From a bacterium (lineage in GTDB: Bacteria > SAR324 > NAC60-12), in the NCBI GenBank assembly GCA_965233585.1, contig CBDDTI010000013.1:1-53299 (forward strand): 53,299 bases of DNA, read 5' to 3'. The notes beneath the pieces were generated by a model, which was given only the letters and a program-made list of their open reading frames with translations, searched no databases and had not been told where the DNA came from. This document shows positions 1-11,030 of this stretch, one piece after another. The stretch's first letter is position 1; the number at the start of each line of letters is the position of its first letter. The translations under genes and the position numbers were made by a program.

Positions 1-3000
1 AGCATGACCAGAGCCCAGAAATTCCTCGATGCAGTCGAGCACTTGATCAAGGGCGTGATGCCAGACATTGCGGCCGAGGAGAATGTGACCATCCATTTCT
101 GGATATCATTTGCATTCCTCATCACGGACACTCACCCATACCATGTTTGGGTCGAAAGGGACTCTGCAGAGAGGCTCGCTGAGGCGATCCGAAGTGTCGA
201 CAAGTTGGCGACAAGACCAATCTTTGTGTCGCTCTGCAAGGATCCAAGGTTTCATGGCATCCGATCGGGCATTCAGGACGTCGCCATAGACTCAGCCGAC
301 ATCCTGAGGAGCTTCGGAATCATGGTCACAACTGATGACGGGATGTGGCGATTGATGTATGGTCATGCCGGCAATCATTATATGAACAATCAAAATAGGC
401 CGGAACGGTTGGGAGTCTTCGCCACCATGGAGAAGTTCTTGTTTCGACAGAGGGTATTGTTGATGTGTTCCCTCAACGTTGAAGCTGCAAAAGGATTGAA
501 CGATATGGTGAGGGAATCTTCCATGAAGGTCGGCATCAACCTGGAGCTGATGGAGGATGTGCTCAAGGAACCTCTTTCAATCCGAATTGGAACAGGAGGC
601 GGAGTACCTGACACCGCGAGCACGGAATCAACACGCCCGGGTACCGTTGGAGGTGGAAGAAGATCAAGTGTTGAGTATGAGAAGGCACCATGGATCGAGG
701 CCACGGTCAGATCGGTTCTTCCTGAGCCATCGGCAAACATGTACGACATGTGGTTCTACGTCAACCATGGGCGAGATGAGATGATTCTATGTCAAGGGCA
801 TTACAATGGGGATGATGATGAAGTTATGCCAACCGACCAAATGAGGCAAGACTTCAACTGCGGAAAAGAATGCATCGCTTGCCGAGCGAGCGAGACGATG
901 AGGGACTATCAACTTTGGCCGCCAGAATACCAGAGAAAGACGATCGTGAAGACGGCGGCACGGTCCCGTGCATTCTTCAACATCATGTTGGAATCAGGCA
1001 ATCCAGTGACAGACCCTCAGAAGGACTTCGTACAGTTCCTCAAGGACATCACCAAATCGATGGTGGGCAACAAAGGTTGCGAGCACGGTGAGATCCTCAT
1101 GAAGGCGCTGTCGCACTTTGGAATGGTCAGAGAGTTCCCAGAGATCGAGTCAAACAGATCTTCGTTGGGAAACGTGGAAGACAATACGGTGTCATCCGAG
1201 AAGAGTTCACTCTGGGTGATGGCAACGATGCCCATGATCGATTTGCATATCGCGTCACCAAGGACTATGGGAATGTCTTCTACAAGGACTACCTCAAGAT
1301 GGTGCTCGGAGATGACTTCACGGAGGTCATGGGATATGCTGATGCAACGGCCGAGAAATGTGGAGACGTGGTCGAAATGTGGCTTGGAATGTTGGATTTG
1401 GCCAACATGACGAAGTCCCAAATCACATTCATGGAGACAAAGGCCGATCCAGGTGAGCTTCTTGCAGGCCTGGAAGCATCCATCAACATCTTCCATGGGA
1501 CGACAAGATCTACCACGACTCCAAACACGAAGAGAGGTGGATCGAGAATCACCGAACCTACCAACTATGAGGAGGCGTTGGTGAACCAAATCCTACGTGA
1601 CATCCCAATGTACCATGGATTGCAGTATGCATGCCTGATCGAGGACAAGGAGATCAGCGTCATCAACGAAAACTACAAAAGGTCCAAGACCGATGACACC
1701 AATGATGACAACATGGAGTCCGAAGGTCCAAGGACCGGGGAAGGTACGTCGACCACCCCAGGACCGACGACCGGAGGAGTTGGAGCTAGTGCTGAAGGGG
1801 CAGGTTCGTCGACCACCCCGGACATGCACGAAGCGCCTAAATCTCCATCGAACCCTGAAGAGGAGTTCCAGATCTCTCAGGACAAAGGTGCCATCGTCGA
1901 GGCCATCAACGCGCTCTTTGCCCTGGCGGACGACAACAACGTCTGCCTAAAATGTGGTGAAAGTGGCCATCCCAACTATGAATGTCCCAAACAAGGTAAC
2001 GATCCAGTGAAGTCAGCATTGATCAACTTGAGGAAGAAACTTCAGGGCGACGATGTGGAGAAAGATGATGCCCCTAAAAGAGATGATGAGGAGGAGCAAC
2101 GATTCCGCCAGGAGAACTACAAAGCAACCAGGGCTGGAGAGTACATGTACCTTCAAGCAATCCCACTTTCAGTCATTGGAGATCGTGCCCATGGAGAAAA
2201 GAGCATCAATGGAGTCAGAGCCGAAGAGAAGGGCCCTAAATCAAAGGATGAGCTGAACGACATTGTCGACACAGCGAGTCAAAGGGGCATCACTGTGACT
2301 TGCAAGGAGATGAAATCGGCTGTTCCATACTCCGACCACAGGATGTACAAGAAGCTCAACATCGGCACGGACATTGGGAAGCTCAAGATTCTTCCGGTCA
2401 ATGGTGGCAAGTTCTACTCCGAACGCTTTGTCGGACCTGGAGTGGAGTATCCACTACCGACCGAGTCCAGGGCCAACCGTGTCTTCATGGAAGAGTGGGA
2501 GAAGACGTACAGCTACTACTTCAACAAAGCCCTGAGGCACCACATCGGACGAAAGGAGGTGTGGGAGAAGGCTTCTGGCAGAAGGAGAACGACATTTTCC
2601 GGGCTCAGATGTGATGAAGCCGGATGGGTGGACATCATGGAATTTCTGCATCACCCTTGGATCTTCGATCACGAGCAAGTCAAGACGGAGGATGACGGAC
2701 TTGTTGATGTTGACTACCGAGCGGAGCGCATCAAGACCATGATCAAGACTGTTTGGTCAGAGTTCCAAGAGAAGAACAAAATCCGCATCCAATTCCTATG
2801 CATCGTTCTCGATTCTACATTCGTCAAACCCGATGATTACCTCAAGAATGTCATGGGAGTCGGTGATGACGTCCATGACCTCATTGCGCAACGTGGTGAA
2901 GTCTTCCTAGCACCCATTGCTGTGCGCTCACCTGGAGGATTTTCAGCCCGTGGATCAGATTTTCGCCTTGACTATTGCAAGATTTGTCACCCGATCACGA

Positions 3001-4952
3001 CGAGGATCGCAGACGATATTTGGTTCTGCTATCATGTTACTGAGTTCAAGAATGTGATCGGCATCATCAAAGAAGGTCTACGACCTGGAGGACACCGAGG
3101 AGGACGAACACAAGTTTTCCTCAACCCCTTTGTGCCATGGGACAAGCGATACAGGGAGATCCTAGGAGGACAATTGACACACCTAGGGCAACCACGCATG
3201 GTCCTTGCATTCAGCGTTCATCGACTCATGAGTCTTGGAGTCATGATCAATGCATCTGGCCAAATGGTGGTGAACGGAAACATTCCCTTCTCCGAGGTGA
3301 CCGCAGCGTGGTATCAGAACAACAACTATGATTGGGAACGACTAGTGGTTGACTCTGGAAAGTTCCAGTTGGTGAGATCATGTCAAGAACCAAAGGAGAT
3401 TGCAACGGCAAACACGGTGCTTCGTGTCTCCAAAGCCTTGCTGGATGACGTTGACAGCGAGGACAACATCCCGTTCTACGACAAGTTCGTCGAGGATGTT
3501 GCAAAGCTTGAATCACTCAATGGAGCCCTCAGCCCTAACAGTGAGCTGAGGAACGACATCGTGACGTTCATTTCCGAGAACTACACTCCGGGAGAAGCTG
3601 GACACTTGATATGCCCAGCATGCCTTACTGAGACTCCAAACATTCTATCAATCTGCATCAGATGCCATGGAACGCTTGTCAGCTGGGGGGAGAAAGAAGC
3701 AGAGAAAGATGAAAGCACAGCCCCTGGAATGCCTGAAAGAGAAAGGCATGAAAGCGGAGATGGTCAAGATGCCAATGACGATGACGTCGAGATGGAGAAT
3801 GAGGACCAGGAGGAGATTGACAGACTGGTCAGGGAGTCAAAGAAGAATACCGAGGAGGCTCCGGACGATGACATTGACATGACCGACGCCAGATCAAGCC
3901 ACGAGAACGTCAGACCTGAAGAAGAACGTCGACGCAATGTACCTGATCAGAAAGTTGTATTCGGTGACAACACCAAAGAGCAACAAGAAGAAGAAGATGA
4001 GAAGGTTGCCAAAGAACAAGACCAAGATGAAGAACGCCGGGAAGCGAGGATGCGGTTGCCTATGTGGACAACAAGGATCATCCAGGCTTCACTTATTCAA
4101 TGTATCGACATTGCCCAGAATGAGGACGCCATCGACAGCACAGCTCGCGCGATGGACTGCATGATTCTGAGCTACCTCAAAGATCGATATCGGCTATTTC
4201 ATCTATGGACTTCAGTGGCACCAGCACAGCAGTATTATGACCACGTGATGAGACTCAAGCTTATTCCTGAATTTGACGGATACATTCCATACGTGGGCGA
4301 AACTGCAGATGGTGAATTGAAGGAACCAACAGAAGCACAGCTGATCGCCTCATTCCATGCGAATGCCAAGAATGGAAAGATCGGCGGACGTGATTTGGAA
4401 ACCTATTTGAAGGGTGTGAATGGTATTCGAGTACTTTGCAAAATTATGAGGTACTTGGTCCAGATCGGCATCACCCCTCAGCTCATCTTCTCCAAGGTTG
4501 CCGACAACACGGACGAGGACGACGAACGGCAATCGGAAGCACGACGGGAATCATCTGACTTTGTCAGGAAGATTATCTCCGGTGCCTTTGCCGTACGTTC
4601 CTACGACTATTTTCGAGTCACACCACCTCGACGGGACGATCATGTTCATATTGATCCTGTAGAACTGGCATGTGCAGTGACGGAAAGATGCAGAACATTT
4701 ACCATCCTTGTGACGCTCAACAAGATCGGCCTGGAGCTACCTCAGCAACTACGCAAAGTTTGGCAAGGAAAGCTCAAAGCTGTACAACAGAGCGCTGCAC
4801 AGATGGCTACATGTCTCAGATCTCTTGATCCTGCAGAACGTGAAATTGCCAGGCAATATGTTCGAGCACTTGGTGATGAACAACCCGCAGAAGAACAGGC
4901 TTCGGCGAGCACCAAGGAGACCGACAATATCAAGAAACGGCGCAAGAGATGA
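1..4952 (+). CDS. Large intronless mobile-element-type ORF (at least ~1650 aa when joined, open at the left edge) with a single -1 frameshift at ~1092-1145; CCHC knuckle + Tpt1/KptA-like domain + Zn ribbon
   Basis: The frame of ORF 1299..4952 is open back to 1092 (reads ...RVPRDRVKQIFVGKRGRQYGVIREEF...) and overlaps ORF 4..1410, so the two join through one indel. Motifs: CLKCGESGHPNYEC (1944-1985), Tpt1-like motifs (2529-3300), CPAC-x11-CIRC (3612-3665). There are no introns, unlike the neighbouring host gene. Confidence 0.8.
2500..3310 (+). other. Tpt1/KptA (PTS_2-RNA)-like RNA 2'-phosphotransferase / ADP-ribosyltransferase domain
   Basis: Motifs occur in the Tpt1 order: ALRHH (2529; LRH), GLRCDEAGWVDI (2601; GxxxDxxGwv), KNKIRIQF (2772; KxRF), AVRSPGGFS (2919; IRAxQGHS), CYHVT (3027; YHGT), IIKEGLRPGG..RTQVFL (I..xGL...RxHVHL), then VLAFSV..LMSLGV..NASGQMVVNGNIP. 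Confidence 0.75.
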
Positions 4953-5525
4953 GCTTCTCTGGATCTATGTCAATGAAGAGATCTTATGAGGGGATTCTGA
5001 GTGCCGGGCTAATTCGTATGAGTCTCATGCATTCAGGACGCGAAGATTTCCTGGTGCAAGAGAACACATTTCAAAGGCTTGTGAACCTAGGATCTAATTC
5101 GGTAGGTGCGTGGAAACCGGTACGGGCGTCGCCGTCCGGGAGTACACAATCCTCGAATACAGTAGATCAGCGGCTTACAAAATTTTGGCTACGTACAAAG
5201 GGAGAGTAGTTAGGGCACAGTTAGGACATCTTTGCCTGTGTTTCAACTGTTTAAACTCCTGTGTCCAATGCCTCGACCAACGTTCGTCGACGTGGTCTGA
5301 GAGCGTTGGACATGGGGGGTGTGAAAGCACAGTAAGCGGTAATTCAATGTCAGCTGTGAGCCATGCAGTCCATCAACCTCTGCATCGGCTCAAGACGCCC
5401 AACGCTCTCGCTCAGTGGAAAAGGAATGTCGTGCCGCTGACTGCTGTGGTTCGGGAACTTTAACATCCAGTCGACCATACCCAAGAGGGACTACATCTAA
5501 TCAAAGAGGGCACAACCCATTCACA
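4953..5525 (+). ncRNA. Highly structured 3' non-coding region of the Tpt1-ORF element
   Basis: Long G-U-containing hairpin 5256-5319, GTGT-GAAA-GCAC tetraloop hairpin 5319-5330, hairpin GAGCC-ATGCAG/CTGCAT-C-GGCTC 5358-5391, and an 11-nt perfect complement between 5299-5309 and 5399-5409. Confidence 0.5.
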
Positions 5526-5883
5526 TAATATAATACAATATAATAATATATGATATAATATAATATAATATAGTATAATATAATATAATATGATATAATA
5601 TAATACAATATGATTATATATGATATAAATATGATATATATATGATATAATATGATATAATATAATATAGTATAATACAATATAATATTTAATATAATAC
5701 AATATAATTATATATGATATAATATGATATAATATAATATAGTATAATACAATATAATATTTAATATAATATAATATATATTCAATATAATAATATAATA
5801 TATATAATATAATATCAGATAATATCATATCATATAATACAATATAATTTAATGTAATGTAATGTAATATAATATATATATAC
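5526..5883. repeat. (TATAA/ATAAT)n AT microsatellite abutting the 3' end of the element
   Basis: Direct reading of the sequence. Confidence 0.95.
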
Positions 5884-6691
5884 CTGGATCTTCAAACACC
5901 TAACATATTTTGACCCTTTTGGTTGTCTACAAATTATAGCCGAAGGCGCCTAGTTTTTTTTGGGATCGTTATCAAAAACCGAAACGCCCAAAAACCATCA
6001 AAAACCATGGAAATTGGATAGTTTTGAATGTTTCATCATATTTTCCTCCCGTCTCCCGCGCATGTAAGTAGCAATTTTTGAGGCTGCCAGACTAGTGCAT
6101 TGGAGTTGGGTATGCAGGCCTGGCTCGTCAACCCCGCCTACTTTTTCTGTTCAAAGCACTTTTGCACAGAATCTGCAAAAAACAAAAAAACGCGACCAAA
6201 ACGCCCCGCAAACATCCCGCAAAAATCCGCAAAAACCCGCATTCGCCCGCAAATCCAGAAAACATGGTTTTTGGCATGTGTTTACACATAGTAGCTAGTT
6301 CCGTAGTAGTTTTTGCAAGGCATCGAAATAAAAAGTAGTCAGTATAGGAGTCAGAAATCGCACCCGCATAAACAAGCAGGAGTGCCTGGATTTAAAGTAG
6401 AACCAATGGAGGGCCAGACGCATCGCCTATTTTCTTCGCATATCGCCTAGTTTTCATCAAGTTCGTATGTGTTTTTTGTGAAACGCATGGTTTTCGAAGA
6501 ACCGACCAAACAAAATAGTACCGACACAAACAACCAAAATACTGTATTTTGGTAGTATGAATTTCAAGGCGTGATATTTCCAATGACATGTAGCGAAGGC
6601 TTTAGATCTTCAATGTGAATTAATTCAATGCATTCTTGAAAAATCATGAAGTTCACAGGCACTGAGAAACATAGCGGTTGGGCTTTTCGAG

Positions 6692-8641
6692 GCCCTGGCA
6701 GCTGCAACAAGCCTTGACCATTTGGAGGTGAGCTCTGTGACAGTCACATGTTTGATTTCGTCCGCAACGACCATATCAAAAAATGATGAGATGACTAGAT
6801 GCTGCATTGTATATAGGTGTATGGGACGGATATGCCATTTTTGCAGGTCAGCAAAATTGTCAGAGAAAAACGGTGTCCGACTTACCTCTCGTATGATAGT
6901 TTTGCAATGTTGAGGAGATAGCAAGATGCTCATAGCCAGCTTTGCATTGCAAGAGTTGCTGGACAGAAGCGGCTTGCTGAGGCTGTACCGTGAATGGGAC
7001 GATGAACTGGATACTGGGTGGGAGATGGCGGGAGACCAAAGTTTGATCGGAGAGGAGTCAAAGTTACGAGGCAGTGGAGGATGGAGGTGATGCCACCATT
7101 GGATGCCCATGTCCAGAAGGAAAAGATGGAAAAGTAATGTCCCGTGGGAGCTGCAGGGTGTTTCAACATGTTGTATTTGAGCTGGAAGGACTGCAGCATC
7201 TTCGATGAGGAGATGGTCACGAGCTGAGTTCCAAAATGTAAGAGAACACACCAGACAAGAATAATAAAGAAGAAACAATCCAGAAAGTACATATTAGCAA
7301 AATGAAAATAGCAAAGATAAATAGAGCCGCCGCAAGAATTCATACTTACACCAGAAATCGAAGCTGTGTGCATTGCGCCAAAGTTGAGATGCATATTGGA
7401 CTTCCAGCACAACTAGCAGAAACAGAATTCTGGACGGCTTGTTTTTACTGGAAATTGCGTTTGGTGAGTCTTTTCAGATTCACGTGAATTGGCTCACGCT
7501 TGGTCAAGGTTCAGGATGCCCTTGAACCATTGCTGGACAGCGCTCTTTTTGCCCAAAAAGCTTTTTGTCCGGATGTTTTAGTTTCAAAACGTTTGAAAAC
7601 ATCATCCGAAGCCAGTTGCAAGTTAATGTCTTGTTGCCTTGCTTTCGGACTGCAGTAGCATGCAGTAGCACGCAGCTCGGATGGCTTCAGGAGCCTGGAG
7701 GTTGTGTGGTTGACTTCCATTCTTCGAGCTTTCTGGACGAATTCTCCTCAGTTTACGCTCCTGTAAGCCCTTGGCTTGCCAAAGCTCACAAGGGATCTCA
7801 AAACTGCGCGCTCGACATCTTTTGATTTCATGTACAAATTGGCTTACTCCGACTTTCCTTACAGCTTTGCTGCCGCTTTGTATAGCTTCAGGAAAGTCTG
7901 TTGGACTTGGTGGTAGTTCTTCGAGTCGACACAAGCGTTCGAGGCCTTAGTTTTTTCGCAGACGCACATCAATAACTTCAAATTGCCGCGAAACGGCCAT
8001 GTTTTACTGACAGGTTAGCCAATGTGCTGTTCTCCTGGTTTGATTCGCTTTCATGAATCCGCCTACTGCTTCTACTCTATAGGCTGATGGATAATGCAAC
8101 AGAATGAATCACAGTGGTATGGTCATGATATGGCCTTTTTCCATTTTTTTCCGACCTGTCGCTCGGGCTTTCGGATGGGCAGATAATGTCCTTGCTGAGA
8201 CCTTGTATGATCGCCTGGAGAAAAGACATTATCCTGAGAGCAAGGTCAAACAGAACGTCGAGGCGGGACCCAAAGATGTCCTATGGGGTTCGGCGCAAGC
8301 AGGTGCAGGAGAGCACAGGGCGAGCTGGCATTGCAATGGCGGATGCGCGTTTTGTATCTTGTCTCAGGCAGAAATTTTCCAGAGCTGTCTCGACGAAGTC
8401 AGGGAGGCATGTTGCTCCAGGATCTCAACGTAGCTCCCAACAGAATCTGTGAGCAGAATGTTATTCAATGTGTTTATTCACACAAATGAGGCTTAAATCA
8501 GCTGCCCCTGTTTTCTTTCTCGATAAGCGTGGATTTTTTGAATGACTTCTGTGCTGCGACTCCGTGGATTTGCCCATGCTTCCACGCGAGGTGTTCGAAG
8601 AAACTGACATCCAGATATGGGAAATGCCCCATGACACCGAG
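6692..8641 (+). CDS. AK6: Adenylate kinase 6 (Fap7/CINAP/TAF9-type), 10 internal exons: 6692-6727, 6847-6872, 6982-7009, 7189-7215, 7509-7535, 7691-7738, 7892-7936, 8200-8262, 8368-8406, 8591-8641
   Basis: Spliced product: ALAAATSLDHLEVSKIVREKRLYREWDDELDCSIFDEEMVQDALEPLLEPGGCVVDFHSSSFLDESLLDLVVVLRVDTSTLYDRLEKRHYPESKVKQNVEAEIFQSCLDEVREVFEETDIQIWEMPHDTE. It has the AK6 hhhDxH motif (VVDFH), LYDRLEKR.Y and EIF. All acceptors are AG; donors are GT, GT, GA, GT, GA, GA, GT, GC, GC, GC. The P-loop exon and the last exon were not found in the window. Confidence 0.9.
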
Positions 8642-9089
8642 GCTGGACAGACATTGAACCATGCTCAACCAATATTCCAAGTACTCCTATCACAAGTGGC
8701 ATGGTCTGTATCATCTTCGTATATATTATTATATATTATACTACTATAATATATATATATAATTTTATATATGTGTATATATCCTTATCATCTTCGTATA
8801 CTCCGGGCGGTGTATACATATATATACTGTGTATATATATATACACACATATGTTATCTTTACTAGTAGTAGATGTGTATATATATATATAAACGAAAAT
8901 CAAAACACACGAGAAACCCGGCACTTGTTCCATATCCATTGCAGCGTTTGTGCGCATATTTGTGGTTACACTAGCTCCTGATGCTGGCGATGTTTTACCC
9001 ATCTCAATTGAGCAAAGAATGGATCACAAACAGCATTTTCTCATGCCACATGGTTTCGATTTTTTGCCGCGCATTTGCATCTGAGACAA

Positions 9090-10160
9090 TAAGAGGGAGA
9101 CAAGGTAGGAGACAAGTGGGAGACAAGTGGTTTTAAACGCATGAAAACCATGGTGAAACGTGGTTTTAACTTGAAACAACAAGAAAACACAAAGGGATTT
9201 AAAGAACAGAGACAAACACAAAACACGAATGAAATCATGATGAAACTCGAACAGGACACCGCCACTGAGGCAGGCATATCAATGATTGGAGACAAATGGC
9301 GTCGGAGACAGATCAAGTAGGAGACAAATGGTGAGAGACAAATGATGGAAGACACACAAAGGCGAACAGGCGAAAGAGCCGGACACCACCACAAGGGCAG
9401 ACCGAAAATTGGATACAAATTTGTTGCGAGAAATAAACTGGGAGACAAATTGCGAGAGACAAATGATGAGAAACAAATGAAACAAAGAAAATCTGGAGAG
9501 CCGGACGCCACTAGACAAAGTGGAAGAAAATTGGAGGGAGACAAGTGAAGAGACACATCGACGGACGCCACCAAAGAGGGAGCCAAATGACGCGAGAGAA
9601 GTAAAGAAAAACATCCGGAGAGCTGGGAAGCGCTAGGTGCACTGGGAGACAAACGAAGGGAGACAACAAAAGAGAGACATCCGAGAGCCGAACATGAATA
9701 CAAGCACACTTGGAAACAAATGAAGGGAGACAAGTAAAGAGAGACATCCCGAGTACTGGGAGACAAATAAAGGAGACAAGTGAAGAGAGACATCCGAAGA
9801 GCCAGACACTAGTACAGTATAGGCATTAGGAGGCACATGAAGGGAGACAAGTAAACAAAGACATCCGGAGAGCCGGACACCACTAGGCACACAAGTTAGG
9901 AGAGGCACTACTACGCACACTGGGAGACAAGACAAGAGAGACATCCAGAGCGCACACTGGAAGACCAGCAAAAGGGAGACAAGTAAAGAGAGACATCCGG
10001 AGAGCCGGACAGCAGCAGGCACACTGGGAGACACATGAAGGGAGACAAGTAGTAAAGAGGGACATCCTGGGAAACAAATGGCGAGAGGCGTCTGGAGAGC
10101 CGGGCGCCACCAGCCAGACTGAGAGACAAATGAAGGGAAACAAGTAAAGAGAGACATCCG
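9090..10160. repeat. Degenerate minisatellite built on GGGAGACAA / GAGACATCCGGAGAGCCGGAC motifs
   Basis: Repeated ggagacaa(g/a) and gagacatcc units throughout. Confidence 0.85.
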
Positions 10161-10326
10161 GGGCCTCCTGCTGTTCTTTCAAACCCCCGATCGAAGTTTT
10201 ACATCTTTTCACATGGCACACGCGCGCACCCACACCCACACACATGCACACAAACGCACATCCGCGCACTCATACACACATGATAGGTTCATATATTTTT
10301 GTTTAATAGACAAACACACACACTCA

Positions 10327-10907
10327 CTAGAAAAGAACTGGATCATTGTAGTGATCCATTGGGAACTGAATCCCATCACGTGCAATTAGATTCAACATGA
10401 TTCAACCAAGGACCTAAAGTAGATCTCCTCGAAGCGGTATACGAGTAATATGAAGGAATTCCGATAAAGTCAATCACGATCAGAAACAGGTTCAAGTAGA
10501 CCCCAAGATAGAATATCATAGACAAAGTCCCCAAGTAAATAAATAAATTGTCGCGGTAGGGTTTTCGGCTTAGCCCTTCGCCATGTCCGAAGAATACCAA
10601 GGAAACCAAGTTTGAAATGACGTCGAAAATAGACTCAAATTGCGGCAACCGTGGAAAAACGAAATTGCTGTTGGGGTTCTTGGCTTAGCCCCTTGCCATT
10701 GCAGTAAATCTCAAGAAGCAGGTACGTCGATGAGCGTCCCCATCGATATCACAGGCGACTGATGAGTGTCTTTGTTAGTGCCGGTCTCATCAGTGCCTCC
10801 GGCACCCCCTGCTGTTCGAATAAATCCTAGAAAGAATAAGAACAAGAACAGAATCCAAATGCACCACAAAGATGAGTCTTGAAGTTTTACGTCTGCACAG
10901 ACGGTAC
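10327..10907 (-). mobile_element. (CA)n-flanked short non-coding element carrying the pseudoknot motif (variant 1)
   Basis: CA tracts on both sides. The left end tagaaaagaactggatc..gatcc..gggaactgaatccc resembles those at 16971, 36185 and 37346. The right end is gaagttttacgtct..agacggtacacac. The motif is at 10718-10812. Confidence 0.7.
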
Positions 10908-11030
10908 ACACACACAGACACACACACATACACACACACTTGCAAAGAGCTGTCATTGCGAATTTTGTTGTGGAATGCATCGGACGTGCAAAAACACACC
11001 AAAAAATTGACACGAAGAATGAATACAATT

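Noticed and set aside
390..1589. Antisense ORFs over the large ORF
   Set aside because: Shadow frames of a codon-biased coding region.
6370..6400. GVPGFK as the missing AK6 P-loop exon
   Set aside because: It does not match GTPGxGK(T/S) and has no consistent splice phase.
9041..10269. Minus-strand ORFs of up to 250 aa
   Set aside because: They are products of the GGAGACAA minisatellite, with no domain signal.
10759..10766. CTGATGAG hammerhead core on the + strand
   Set aside because: There is no stem II-GAAA downstream; the sequence is explained as the P2 helix of the pseudoknot motif.
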